DNA from: Candidatus Bathyarchaeota archaeon
GTDB lineage: Archaea > Thermoproteota > Bathyarchaeia > TCS64
Length of the DNA stretch: 64,000 bases
NCBI GenBank assembly: GCA_963769425.1
Contig: CAVYLP010000006.1
Location: forward strand, 512,001-576,000
Direction of reading: 5' to 3'
The notes beneath the pieces were generated by a model, which did no database searches, was not told the DNA's origin, and was given only the letters and a program-made list of their open reading frames with translations. The position numbers were made by a program, and so were the translations under genes. Position 1 is the stretch's first letter, and every line of letters starts with the position of its first letter. Of the stretch, positions 28,835-38,807 are shown in pieces.

Positions 28835-29620
28835 TTGGTCATGGGGAAGGCTAAGGTTGATTCCCTCGAGGATCTGAGAAAGGACCTAGCTGAAAGTGAG
28901 CGTAGATACAACGAGTTACTCGCCGATGTCGAGCATCGCGCTCATGAGATAGCTGTATCTGATTTCCAGACCGAGATGACTCGGGTCTCATCAGAGTTAG
29001 CTCATGACCTCAGAGGACCCCTACAGACAATTACGAACAGCCTATTCCTCATGGAGCGTAAGCCTGGGGATACAACGTACTTCCCTAAAATAGGTGAGGC
29101 ATTGAAGCAAGCGACCTCCCTGCTCGACGCCTTCAGGGAGTACTATCGGGGTTATGAAATAACACCGATGCAGGGCGACATCAACAAGTTACTAGAGAAG
29201 GCACTTGAGGATTCAGAGATCCCATCAACCATCAAGGTTTCGACTGATCTTGGTCAAGGTCTTCCACCGGCTATGCTGGACCTCATAAAGGTTAAACGAG
29301 TATTCTCGACAATCATCAAGAACGCCGTGGAGGCAATGCCTGACGGTGGTAGCTTAAGCATATCAACAAGACTTGTAGGAGACAAGATCCTATCGTCTTT
29401 TAGTGACACAGGGATTGGTATCCCGGAGGCGGCGCGTGAAAAGATTTTTGTGGCCTTCGGTCAGAAGAAGAAGGGCGGGTTCGGACTCGGGCTCGCAGCT
29501 GCGAAGAGGATAATCGAGGCCCACGGTGGTTCTATAACATTTGAGAGTGAGACGGGTAGGGGGACTACGTTCACAGTAGCTATGCCCGTTGGAAAGCATG
29601 AGTTACCGCGAAACATTTAG
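28835..29620 (+). CDS. Small cytoplasmic histidine kinase without a sensor domain
   Basis: Coiled-coil N-terminus; H-box AHDLRGPL; N-box KNAVEAM; DTGIGI; GFGLGL; GRGTTF. Confidence 0.9.
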   Translation: MVMGKAKVDSLEDLRKDLAESERRYNELLADVEHRAHEIAVSDFQTEMTRVSSELAHDLRGPLQTITNSLFLMERKPGDTTYFPKIGEALKQATSLLDAFREYYRGYEITPMQGDINKLLEKALEDSEIPSTIKVSTDLGQGLPPAMLDLIKVKRVFSTIIKNAVEAMPDGGSLSISTRLVGDKILSSFSDTGIGIPEAAREKIFVAFGQKKKGGFGLGLAAAKRIIEAHGGSITFESETGRGTTFTVAMPVGKHELPRNI

Positions 29621-29647
29621 AAGCTCGAAAGTCCCCTGCTGAAATCC

Positions 29648-30712
29648 TTGGTCTCGATACCGAGTTCTGAGGCGCTCCGGAAAGCGATTCCGGGCGTTGC
29701 TTACTGTGTCGTAGTCGCACTTGCATCATTCCTCATCTGGGGTTTCTATAAACCAGTTAGCCCGTTGATGTGGGCATTCGTAATCAGCATCGCGGTCGCC
29801 AACGTCATTGGGTTCAGGAGCTCGATGAAGACGGGAATTGGTTTTTGCTCCGGGCAGCTATTGAGGTTCGGGGTGGCCGTCCTCGGTTTTGTGACGAGTG
29901 CTCTAATCTGGACGAGGGTTGGTGTCGGAGTCGTCGCAGCCTTCGTTGTGATCATTGCGGCGTTGAGCCTGAGTCTCTGGCTCGGCTCTAGGTTGGGGCT
30001 CGGCCACCGGCTTGCATCGCTGATTGGCGTTGGTACGGCGATCTGTGGCGCCTCGGCCATCGCTGCCCTAACTCCCGCGATCGGCGCCAAGGAGGAGGAG
30101 TCTGGCCTCGCGGTCGCTGGTATAACCCTGTTCGGGCTCGTCTCGATGTTTCTCTACCCCTTCCTCTTCCTCAACACGCCGGTAAATGGACTCCTTGGAG
30201 GGAATTTGAATGCCTATTCCATCTGGGTCGGAGCAGGTGTGCATGAGACAGCGCAGGTAATCGCTGCGGCGGGGGCGGTCAACGAGGCAGCTGTTCAGGC
30301 GGCGATGCTGATCAAGTCTGTGAGGATATTCATGATAGGACCTGTTGTCTTCCTCCTGTCGTGGTACTGCTCAACATGCGAGAAGAAGGTTGGTGGGGCT
30401 AAGTCTTTCGTCGTCCCCCTTTTCGCCGTGGCCTTCACAGTTGGGTCGTTGGTCTGCGCCTTCCTGGACGTGAACACAGCCTCGCTTCTGGGTGCGGGCA
30501 TCGACTGGGTGGCCATAAAGGGCTACGTCTCGGGAACTCTCCTCCCCTTCTTCTTTGCTACCGCCTTCGCAGGGGTCGGCTCCAAGGTGAGCTTCAAGAG
30601 TATAGCCGCTTTGGGAGCTAAGCCGATACTCGTCGCGGCGACGGTTGCCGTGACCGCGGGTGTGCTCGCCTTCGTCACAGCGGTCCTTCTCCTGCCCTAC
30701 ATCGCCGTCTAA
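29648..30712 (+). CDS. YeiH/putative sulfate exporter family membrane protein
   Basis: LIGVGTAICGASAIAA, VHETAQVIAA, IKSVR; multiple TM segments. Confidence 0.88.
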   Translation: MVSIPSSEALRKAIPGVAYCVVVALASFLIWGFYKPVSPLMWAFVISIAVANVIGFRSSMKTGIGFCSGQLLRFGVAVLGFVTSALIWTRVGVGVVAAFVVIIAALSLSLWLGSRLGLGHRLASLIGVGTAICGASAIAALTPAIGAKEEESGLAVAGITLFGLVSMFLYPFLFLNTPVNGLLGGNLNAYSIWVGAGVHETAQVIAAAGAVNEAAVQAAMLIKSVRIFMIGPVVFLLSWYCSTCEKKVGGAKSFVVPLFAVAFTVGSLVCAFLDVNTASLLGAGIDWVAIKGYVSGTLLPFFFATAFAGVGSKVSFKSIAALGAKPILVAATVAVTAGVLAFVTAVLLLPYIAV

Positions 30713-30768
30713 GGGCTCCGGCTTCGATAGGCGTTTATCACGCAACGCCCTGATATTTCCTGATCCTC

Positions 30769-31545
30769 ATGGTCACCGTTTCTAATCGCCTCATCTTCAA
30801 TCACCTGGAGGAGCCCCGCGTCCGTCGCGTATTCGAGTTACTCGAAGGGGACACGGAGGTGCAGACCTACCTCAAGATGTCGAATGAGATGGTCGTCAAG
30901 AGGTTGAACTATAATGACCACGGCCCCGTCCACGCGAGGATCGCTGCGGGGAGCAGCCTTGAGATCCTAGACTTAGTGGGGAGGGAAGCGGAGCCGACGA
31001 CGGTTGCTAACGGGATTTGTGACTTGGAGGGGGCGAAGCTCGTCACAATGGTGGGCAGCTACCTCCACGACATCGGTAACAGCGTCCACAGGGCAGCGCA
31101 CATAATGCACAGCTGCTACCTCGCCGCGCCCATCTTGGAGCGGTTGTACTCCGCCGTCTACCCGGGTGAACACGAGCATGTGCTGAAGATGAAGTGCGAA
31201 ACTCTCCACGCCATCTACGCCCACGAGGACCCGATTCAGGCCCTGAGCATCGAGGCGGGTGCGGCGAAGGTCGCGGATGGCACTGATATGGCTGAGGGGC
31301 GGGCAAGGATACCTTACCGGGGCGGGAAGGTTGACATGCATAGCATCTCGGCGACGGCAATCAAACGTGTTGATCTTGAGGCGGGGAAGGAGAAGGCGGT
31401 CAGCGTGAAGATCTACATGGATAATCCCTCGGGTGTCTTCCAGATCGAGGAGGTAATCGGGAAGAAGGTGGAGACCTCCGGGTTATCTAAGTATGTCGAG
31501 CTGGTTGCCATCGAGAATGGCAGGGAGATAAAGACGGTGGGTTGA
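30769..31545 (+). CDS. HD-domain phosphohydrolase
   Basis: YNDHGPVH, YLHDIGN, AHE, ADGTDM..GRARIP. Confidence 0.88.
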   Translation: MVTVSNRLIFNHLEEPRVRRVFELLEGDTEVQTYLKMSNEMVVKRLNYNDHGPVHARIAAGSSLEILDLVGREAEPTTVANGICDLEGAKLVTMVGSYLHDIGNSVHRAAHIMHSCYLAAPILERLYSAVYPGEHEHVLKMKCETLHAIYAHEDPIQALSIEAGAAKVADGTDMAEGRARIPYRGGKVDMHSISATAIKRVDLEAGKEKAVSVKIYMDNPSGVFQIEEVIGKKVETSGLSKYVELVAIENGREIKTVG

Positions 31546-31655
31546 GCCCCGTTTCGGTTGGCTTGTAAGCGGTAGCTGGTAATAACGTGTTCACGGCCTC
31601 CCTTGCTTGTTAGTTGTGAGGCTGTAATTTGTTTGGTTGTAGAGTGTTCTATTTT

Positions 31656-32954
31656 TTAAAAGGGTTCTTGGTTGAATTGGAGGATCTTCTCACACCAAGA
31701 CGCGACGCCTAGGAGACTTGCCTCGCCGTGGGGTCTACCCACCAACTGAGCACCTAGAGGCAGACTTTCTTCGTTTAGCCCGGAGGGGATGTTCACCGTT
31801 GGGAACCCTGTGAAGCTCCAGGGGACGTTGAAGGCGGCGTCGCCTGTTGATGTGAGGCCTTTTAGGGGAGGGGTTATGGTCGCTGGGGTGAGAAGGGCGT
31901 CGACTCTCTCCATCGCAACGAGCATTTCCCGCCTGAATATCCCGCGTATCCTCTGCGCGTGGAGGTAGGTCGACGAGGGTATAATGAGCCCCGAGTAGAC
32001 CTCTCCCTGGATGTTCGGCCGGTAGGAGGTGGGGCTCTCCCTGAACTTTGGCTCGTGGACTGCTGCGGCTTCCGCGAACATGATGACCCTATGGGAAGGG
32101 TGCACAACCGGGAAGGATTCCGGCAACACAAATTCAACCACGTCGGCCCCGTTCCTCTTCAACTTCTCCGCCGTCTCGGCGTAGTTCCGGGTGATATCAG
32201 CGGTCCCAGCCTCGTTGAAGTAGCTGGTTGGGAGACCGATTCTAGGTTTTCTGATCCGCTTAGGTGGTTCCATCCCGGTCAGGGCTTGGAGCGTCATAGA
32301 GAGGTCCTCTACACTTCTCGCCATGAAGCCGACGTGGTCGAGGCTCCACGACTGTGGGTAGACGCCCTCCGTGCTCAGGAGGCCATGTGTCGGCTTGATC
32401 GCGGGAACCCCGCAGAAGGAGGCGGGGCGGGTGATTGAGCCGCCGGTCTGTGTACCGAAGGCTAGGGGGCACATCCGAGACGCGACGGCGGCCGCGGAGC
32501 CGCTGCTGGAGCCTCCTGGGGTGTACGCCGTGTTCCAGGGGTTTCTCGTTGGGGCAGGGTCGAGGTAAGCGAACTCGGTCGTCTCCGTCTTGCCGAGGAT
32601 TATCGCGCCGGCCCTCCTCAGCTTCGCAACAACCACCGCGTCGGATTCAGGTATGTAATCTGAGAACAGGGGGGACCCCATCGTCGTCCTCAGCCCCTTC
32701 GTGTTGAAGATGTCCTTGACCCCGACGGGGATGCCATGCAGGGGACTCCTAAGCTTCCCCGCTGCTACCTCCTTGGTGAGGGCTTTAGCCGACCTCAGTG
32801 CGCCCTCGGCGTCGACGGTTACCCAGGCGTCGAGCCTCGGTTCAAGCTCAGTGATTCGATCTAGGAGGGATTCGACCAACTCCGTGGGGGTCAGCTGCCC
32901 GTTTCGCATTTTCTCCGCTGACTCGGTTACGGTGAGTCTATACGGCTCCACCAT
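31656..32954 (-). CDS. Amidase signature family enzyme
   Basis: LHGIPVGVKD, GKTETTEFA, PGGSSSGSAAAV, GTQTGGSITRPA. Confidence 0.93.
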   Translation of the reverse strand: MVEPYRLTVTESAEKMRNGQLTPTELVESLLDRITELEPRLDAWVTVDAEGALRSAKALTKEVAAGKLRSPLHGIPVGVKDIFNTKGLRTTMGSPLFSDYIPESDAVVVAKLRRAGAIILGKTETTEFAYLDPAPTRNPWNTAYTPGGSSSGSAAAVASRMCPLAFGTQTGGSITRPASFCGVPAIKPTHGLLSTEGVYPQSWSLDHVGFMARSVEDLSMTLQALTGMEPPKRIRKPRIGLPTSYFNEAGTADITRNYAETAEKLKRNGADVVEFVLPESFPVVHPSHRVIMFAEAAAVHEPKFRESPTSYRPNIQGEVYSGLIIPSSTYLHAQRIRGIFRREMLVAMERVDALLTPATITPPLKGLTSTGDAAFNVPWSFTGFPTVNIPSGLNEESLPLGAQLVGRPHGEASLLGVASWCEKILQFNQEPF

Positions 32955-33135
32955 AATGCCCCTCCTTTCGTGGCTCGCCGGCTGGCTCGTCGCCGGGCTC
33001 GAGAATATAGATATCCACCGCCCACGCCATCTCGGCCGTCTTAACGATGGCCTGCTCAGGCGGGTCGAGCTTGATGCCCAATCTGACCGCGGACTCTAGA
33101 TATTCCTTTATGTACTCTTCCTTCGTCTTCGCCAA
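32938..33135 (-). CDS. Small protein overlapping the amidase start (possible GatC/AtzG-like subunit)
   Basis: 65 aa, helical N-terminus and DEPA motif; GGGG/AGG RBS; 17-nt overlap with the amidase. Confidence 0.55.
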   Translation of the reverse strand: MAKTKEEYIKEYLESAVRLGIKLDPPEQAIVKTAEMAWAVDIYILEPGDEPAGEPRKEGHYGGAV

Positions 33136-33206
33136 GGTGTCCCCCTCGGCGAGGTTAGGTCGAGCGGCTACTTATCGAATGTGGTCTGAGTTACACTGAG
33201 AGGAGC

Positions 33207-34097
33207 TTATTCCTGGGGAAGGCTCAGCCACTTGAGGTCCGCCTCGGCCGCTATGTAGCCGAAGCCCGTCCAGCCACCCGTGTCGAGGATCTCGTTGTAG
33301 ACTTCAACCGCCTTCTCCTCGCGCCCGTTGTAGGTGTACCAGTTGCCGACGCCGTAGCCCACGGTCGCGACCGCCAATGGCCCCTGCTCCCTCGCTTCAT
33401 CCATGACCTGCTCCGGCGTCACGATTCCCTTGTACATTAGGAGGAGCTTGTGGTAGTGCTGATTCTCGATTATGTCCATCGCCTCGGTGATGGGGGCGAG
33501 TAGGTCCTCTGCCTCCTGCTTCCGCTCGAGGAGGCGGAGGGTCATGTATGTCCAATGGGTGGTGGCGACGAGCTTGTCGGGTATCTCGCTCACCTTGAGG
33601 CACTCCTCGTAACAGCTGAGGGCTGATTCGTAGTCGCCGACGAGGTAGTAGGCGAGACCGAGGTGGTACCAGACGTTGAAGTGGAGGCTACTTACTGGTT
33701 GGTTGCGCTCGTTGGGTATACCGTCAGGCTCGACCTCGTCGACTGTTCCCTCTATGAGCTCCCCCGCGGTCTCCAGGTCGTCTATCGCTTGGTCGAAGAG
33801 GCGGAGGCTTATGAATCGGTGACCCCTGTGGCGGTACATCCTCGGATCATCGGGGTGGGCTTCGATTCCAAGGCTGAAGATTGAGGCAGCCTCGCGTATC
33901 CTCCCCAGGTAGGCTGTGCGTCTGCCGAGCCAGATTATGGAGTCTGCGTCCTCTGGCATCTGCTCCCATTTCTTCAGAGCCTCATCATAGAGGACTATCT
34001 GCTTCTCCACGACCTCGGGGCGAGGGGGCTGCTGGTTTAGTGGTTCTCCGAAGAGGCTGAATGCCTCCGGTGCCTCTGGTAGTTTAGGTTTGGGCAT
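33207..34097 (-). CDS. TPR-repeat protein
   Basis: WLGRRTAYLG, YRHRGH, WYHLGLAYYLVGDY..A..Y repeats; probable ATG at 34097. Confidence 0.85.
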   Translation of the reverse strand: MPKPKLPEAPEAFSLFGEPLNQQPPRPEVVEKQIVLYDEALKKWEQMPEDADSIIWLGRRTAYLGRIREAASIFSLGIEAHPDDPRMYRHRGHRFISLRLFDQAIDDLETAGELIEGTVDEVEPDGIPNERNQPVSSLHFNVWYHLGLAYYLVGDYESALSCYEECLKVSEIPDKLVATTHWTYMTLRLLERKQEAEDLLAPITEAMDIIENQHYHKLLLMYKGIVTPEQVMDEAREQGPLAVATVGYGVGNWYTYNGREEKAVEVYNEILDTGGWTGFGYIAAEADLKWLSLPQE

Positions 34098-34296
34098 GGA
34101 ATCACCGGTTTGATAAAGATACGCTGGTGGCATCTAATAAGACTCCTGAGTTCTTCTGACGTCGACAGAGACTCCCCAAAACACTTGGTAGTTAACATTT
34201 AATGATGTAAGTCATCAAGCAAAAGTCAATTATCCCTTCAAGGGTTGGGGAGAGTTGAAAACATTTTAATCATCAAATTGAGAGAAAAAAGAGCTT

Positions 34297-35490
34297 TTAA
34301 AATTGTTTTGACAATTCGTAGGCTAAGGCAAGATACACCTTAGCCTGGTCAACAAGGGTGTCGACGTAGACGAGTTCGTTTGGACCGTGCATGTGCTCAC
34401 CGGAGGGGCCGAACCCTATGGTGGGGATTCCCGCTTGTCGGTAGTAGGCTCCGTCTGTGCCCCCGGCCCACTCGACGAAGAGCTCTGGCTCCCGCTTGAG
34501 GGCGACCTTCACGGCTTTCTTGAAGGCGTCCCCGAGTTCTGAGTCAGGGTCGGTGTAGTTTGCGGGGGTGTAGATCCATTTACCGTCTTTGTCTCGGGGG
34601 GCTTCTATCTCCCAGCGCCAGTCTGGGTCGCCCTTTCCCGCTTCGTCTAGTGTCTGCTTGACCTCTGAGGCGACTGTATCAGGGGTCTCTCCAGGGATCA
34701 TGCGGCGATCGATGCTGATGGTGCACTCGTCGGGAACCTGATTGCCCGCTGAGCCGGCTTGGATGGCATTGACGCTGATGACGGGGGCCCCAATCCAGGG
34801 GTGCCACTTGTCTATGGGTTTCTCGAGGGCGAGGACGCCCTTGCTCGCTTTGGCTATTGCGTTGATGCCCTCGTATCGGGCGTAGGCTGTGTGGGTGGCG
34901 CGTCCCCTGAACTTGATCTTGAATCCCCATATGCCGCGTTCGGCTACCCGTAGCTTGAGGTTGCTCTTCTCCCCGATGACGACGTAGTCGGGGCGCCTGA
35001 GGTTACCCTTCGCCATCTCGTCGAGGAGTACCTTAGTGCCGTGTGTTGCCCCCTTCTCCTCGTCTGGGACGAGGTGTAGGGTGACGCCGAGGGGGAGGTT
35101 GAGTCCCTTGATTATACCAGCGACTTGCATCATGACCGCGCAGTTGCTCTTCATGTCGCAGCTCCCCCTCCCCGTGAGGGTGTTGCCGATCAGCTGGGGG
35201 TCGTAGGGATCGGTCTGCCACGCGTCTCGACTGGCGATGGGCACGGTATCGAGGTGGCCGTTGAAGGCGAGTAGCCGCTTTGCCCCCGGGTTGATGGTGG
35301 CGGTGAGGATGGGGCGCTCCTCGGGGCCGTAGAGCCGCGTCTCGACCCCTAAGCCCTCCATAATATCGCGGGCGAGGAGGATGACGCGCTTCTCCTCACC
35401 GGTCACGCTGGGGACTCTAATGAGTCTCTTCGCGGTTTCGACTATCTCGTCCTTGTTGATCCTATTCAGTGCCTCGTCGAGGGTGGGCAT
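34297..35490 (-). CDS. M20 family metallohydrolase (ArgE/DapE-like)
   Basis: NGHLDTVP, GRGSCDMK, DEE, GE, GGTD, HGPNE. Confidence 0.92.
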   Translation of the reverse strand: MPTLDEALNRINKDEIVETAKRLIRVPSVTGEEKRVILLARDIMEGLGVETRLYGPEERPILTATINPGAKRLLAFNGHLDTVPIASRDAWQTDPYDPQLIGNTLTGRGSCDMKSNCAVMMQVAGIIKGLNLPLGVTLHLVPDEEKGATHGTKVLLDEMAKGNLRRPDYVVIGEKSNLKLRVAERGIWGFKIKFRGRATHTAYARYEGINAIAKASKGVLALEKPIDKWHPWIGAPVISVNAIQAGSAGNQVPDECTISIDRRMIPGETPDTVASEVKQTLDEAGKGDPDWRWEIEAPRDKDGKWIYTPANYTDPDSELGDAFKKAVKVALKREPELFVEWAGGTDGAYYRQAGIPTIGFGPSGEHMHGPNELVYVDTLVDQAKVYLALAYELSKQF

Positions 35491-35520
35491 AATACGTCGG
35501 ATTATGGTTGCCGGAGACGT

Positions 35521-37356
35521 TTATAGGGTCTCGGATCCCGCAACGGTCGCCCCAGCGCCCTTGGCCCAGGGGCTGATGAGGTCCTGGTGCTGGGCGTACC
35601 GTTGGTCGAGGAGCCAGTAGTGGCACCAGTCGTCACGGCTCCTGATGCCTCGGCCGAGGGCTTGGTTTGCGGCTCGGAAGGCGTCCATGGTGTACCATCT
35701 GTTTCCGAGGCCCATGCTTCGGCGGTCGTAGTAGGCGATTTGGGCGCGGACTAGGGGGTCGCCGTAGTTGGCATATGGGACGCCGACGAGGATGATGCCT
35801 CGACATTGGTCGTCTGGGAAGTTGCTCCCCTCACTATTTCTGCCGCGGAAGACGCATGTGAGGACCGCGCCCTCGGGTGTGACGGCGGCGGCCTTGTACC
35901 GGGTGACGGTGTCCTGGTTCATGCGGGCGTCCCGCCCCTCCCTGAATAGGGGCTTCCCCGCGAGGTAGGGTCTCCCCCCTGTGACCTTTACTAGCCCTGC
36001 GTGGGTCCAGGCGTCTAGGCTCCTCTCCATTAGGTCGCGTTGGGGGAAGAAGATTAGGGCGCCATTGGGGACGCCGACGAGGGCCTCGGAGATTGTCTCG
36101 CCTATGCGGAGGAGCATCTCGGGGCTCCTGTCTCGGTAGGTTGTGGTGACTCGTGGGTCGATTGTCATCTTGATCTTTTCGCTGGTCTGTATGGCGGGGT
36201 AGCTCCTGAGCTTGGCGCCGCGTAGGCCGAGGACCTCAGCGAATAGTTGGAGGGGGCTAATGGTACCGCTCATTATGAGTGTGCCCGCGGAGTCGGTGAC
36301 GACGGGGTCGATGGCGAGGCTAGGGTCGAGGCACCTGTACTCGAGCTGGTTTGAACCGTGGCTACCCTTCTGGTAGATTGCGACGTACTTGTCCTTGCGG
36401 CTCTCCATGAGGAGCTCGATGAACGCGAGGACTCCGTTTAGGTAGCTGAGGGGCGGCTCCCCCGCCTTCTCCTTCCTCCCCCTGATGGCCTCGACTGCTG
36501 GGGCATAGTGTTCGGTGAAGGCCGTGAGGTCTCCGCCGAGGGCCATAGCGACGTTCTCGTACATGTCCTCCGCCTTCACGAGGATGGGTTGGTCGGTAAT
36601 GATCTCCGCAAGGTGGTCCTCCAGCCTCTTGAGGGGGGTCTTGTTTAAACCAACAGATTTGAGTTCGTCGGAGGCAGCCGCGAGACTTCGGTCACTTAGT
36701 GTATCGCTGAGGGTCTCCTGTCCGACCTGGTCAGCGTTGTGCCCCTCGTCGAGGACGAGGAGCCTCCCCTCGAGGTCGAGGCCGGTCATGAGCCTGATTT
36801 TTTGGTCGAAGACGTAGGGGTAGGGGCAGACGGTGAGGCGCCTCGTCTTCGCGACCCTCCGTGCGAGGAAGTATGGGCAGAGTCTGGACCGCCTCCCCGT
36901 GGCGACTAAGGTCTCGACGGAGAGCACCTTCGGGAGTCCGGCAGGCGTTTCGTTAAACTCGGACCGGTAGGGGCACCGCTCCTCCTTCCTGAGGACTCCA
37001 CAGAGCTCCTGTGCCTCTCTGCTCGGTATCCCTCTGCAGTCGGGGTTCAGGCATAGGTGGTCCCGACTCGCGAGATTCACAGCTGTGTAGGAGGCGTTGG
37101 CGTGGGCGTTGATCTTCTCGACCTCGGCAAGGACTTGGCGGACCTGGTCGTGGGTCCTGGTGGCGTAGACTATAGGCTTGTCGAGGGGGAGGAGGGCACT
37201 GAGTGCTGAGACGGTTTTCCCGAAGCCGTTGCATGCCTCCGCTATGAGTGTGCCCCCGGCGCCCAGCGTCTCCTCTGCGTCGTTCATGAAGTTAACTTGC
37301 GGAGGATAGGGCTCGTAGGGGAAGAGGCTCCTCCAATCCTCGCTGGGCTCGGGCAT
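35521..37356 (-). CDS. xpd: XPD/Rad3-type Fe-S DNA helicase
   Basis: FPYEPYPPQ Q-motif, ACNGFGKT, Cys cluster, DEGHN, MSGT, SEG.NF, QALGRGIRS..D. Confidence 0.9.
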   Translation of the reverse strand: MPEPSEDWRSLFPYEPYPPQVNFMNDAEETLGAGGTLIAEACNGFGKTVSALSALLPLDKPIVYATRTHDQVRQVLAEVEKINAHANASYTAVNLASRDHLCLNPDCRGIPSREAQELCGVLRKEERCPYRSEFNETPAGLPKVLSVETLVATGRRSRLCPYFLARRVAKTRRLTVCPYPYVFDQKIRLMTGLDLEGRLLVLDEGHNADQVGQETLSDTLSDRSLAAASDELKSVGLNKTPLKRLEDHLAEIITDQPILVKAEDMYENVAMALGGDLTAFTEHYAPAVEAIRGRKEKAGEPPLSYLNGVLAFIELLMESRKDKYVAIYQKGSHGSNQLEYRCLDPSLAIDPVVTDSAGTLIMSGTISPLQLFAEVLGLRGAKLRSYPAIQTSEKIKMTIDPRVTTTYRDRSPEMLLRIGETISEALVGVPNGALIFFPQRDLMERSLDAWTHAGLVKVTGGRPYLAGKPLFREGRDARMNQDTVTRYKAAAVTPEGAVLTCVFRGRNSEGSNFPDDQCRGIILVGVPYANYGDPLVRAQIAYYDRRSMGLGNRWYTMDAFRAANQALGRGIRSRDDWCHYWLLDQRYAQHQDLISPWAKGAGATVAGSETL

Positions 37357-37497
37357 CGCCTAGTAGGATACTGGTATCCAATATAAGCGGCGTGGATAGA
37401 AGGGATAAGATGATTAGAATATCTCCTAATTTGCTAAATCATTAAAATAATAAAATACTAATTTATTAATTAGTTAAAATAGTAAAATAGGTCGTAG

Positions 37498-38778
37498 GTG
37501 AGATCGTTGACCGAGTTAAATTTAGAGATGGCACTTTCTAATTACGTCGATTACGCCAATGACATCGAGTTAGTTCCAAGAGATATTATTTTACAGGAAG
37601 GGAATTTTATCAATGCGATAATTGGGCCTAGACGATCTGGGAAGACGTCTTTGATGCTCCTATACATGAAGAGCCTCGACGTTGAGAAAAGTAATAGGGT
37701 ATTCATTAATTGTGAAGACATCGCATTTGTCGGAATCACCGTAAACGATCTCAATAGATTAGAGGAGGCCATCTTTCGCGTATACAAACCCGATAAGACT
37801 AAAGACATATACCTATTCGTCGATGAGGTCCAAACTTTTCCGGAGTGGTCTAGGTGGGTTAGAACCCTCTTTGACCGGCGTAGATACAGAATATTCATAA
37901 CTGGATCAACGTCGGATCTATCTCTGGATAAACTTCCCTCCGAGCTCCGTGGTAGAGCCGTCAACACCTTGGTTTTACCCTTTTCATTTATGGAGTACCT
38001 GAAAACTAAGAGTGTGGCGGTCGAGGAGTACATGAAGCCTGATGAGACCGCGAGGGTTTTAGTGGCTCTCTCCGAGTATCTGGAATTCGGCGGATATCCG
38101 GAGATAGTGAAAAGGACGGATCTTTCAATGAAGCGTATAATGCTCTCCGAGCTGTACGCCACAGTGATACAGCGGGATCTTATCGATAGATATAAGATCA
38201 GAAAGACTGCTGTTTTCAAGGCGTTTGTGAATTCACTTTTCGGTTCAGCTTGCAGAGACGTTTCCATTCCTGCTGTCGTCGACTGGTTTGAGGCGCAGGG
38301 GAACAAGATTAGCAGTGTAACAGCGTCCAACTACCTAAGCTACTCACAATCCGCATTTCTTTTCTTCTTGGTTTTCCCATACTCTCGTAAGATAAAAGAG
38401 AGGAATACTAAACCGAAGTTATACGTTTCTGACTCCGGAATACTCGGGCTCTTCGACTCTGATAAGGGAAAGTTGTTGGAAAACGCTATAATGGTGGAGT
38501 TGATCAGACGACACGAGAACGTTCATTATTACCGGACAACGAGTGCCGATGTGGATTTTGTAATCGCTAAAGATAACAAGCCGCATGAACTCATTCAGGT
38601 CAGTTACTCTATAAATGACCCTGGAACGTATGCTAGGGAGATCAATTCTCTATTGGAGGCTAGTAAAAAACTGAAATGTGAGAGCCTTACAATCATCACT
38701 TTCAACGAAGAAAATAAAATCACACAAAATAGCAGAGTCATCAATGTAATACCCGCATGGAAATGGTTTCTGAAGTAA
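37498..38778 (+). CDS. AAA+ ATPase (AAA_14 plus DUF4143-like C-terminus), AT-rich
   Basis: GPRRSGKT, FVDEVQ, ITGS, LRGR, FGGYPE, KLYVSDSG, LLEN, DVDFV..ELIQV. Confidence 0.9.
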   Translation: MRSLTELNLEMALSNYVDYANDIELVPRDIILQEGNFINAIIGPRRSGKTSLMLLYMKSLDVEKSNRVFINCEDIAFVGITVNDLNRLEEAIFRVYKPDKTKDIYLFVDEVQTFPEWSRWVRTLFDRRRYRIFITGSTSDLSLDKLPSELRGRAVNTLVLPFSFMEYLKTKSVAVEEYMKPDETARVLVALSEYLEFGGYPEIVKRTDLSMKRIMLSELYATVIQRDLIDRYKIRKTAVFKAFVNSLFGSACRDVSIPAVVDWFEAQGNKISSVTASNYLSYSQSAFLFFLVFPYSRKIKERNTKPKLYVSDSGILGLFDSDKGKLLENAIMVELIRRHENVHYYRTTSADVDFVIAKDNKPHELIQVSYSINDPGTYAREINSLLEASKKLKCESLTIITFNEENKITQNSRVINVIPAWKWFLK

Positions 38779-38807
38779 AAAGAGGCCCTTAGACACACTG
38801 GCTCCGA

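Noticed and set aside
31656-32954. Calling the amidase gatA
   Set aside because: It has GTQTGGS rather than GSDTGGS, lacks the GatA-specific RY/FDG region, and no gatB is in the window.
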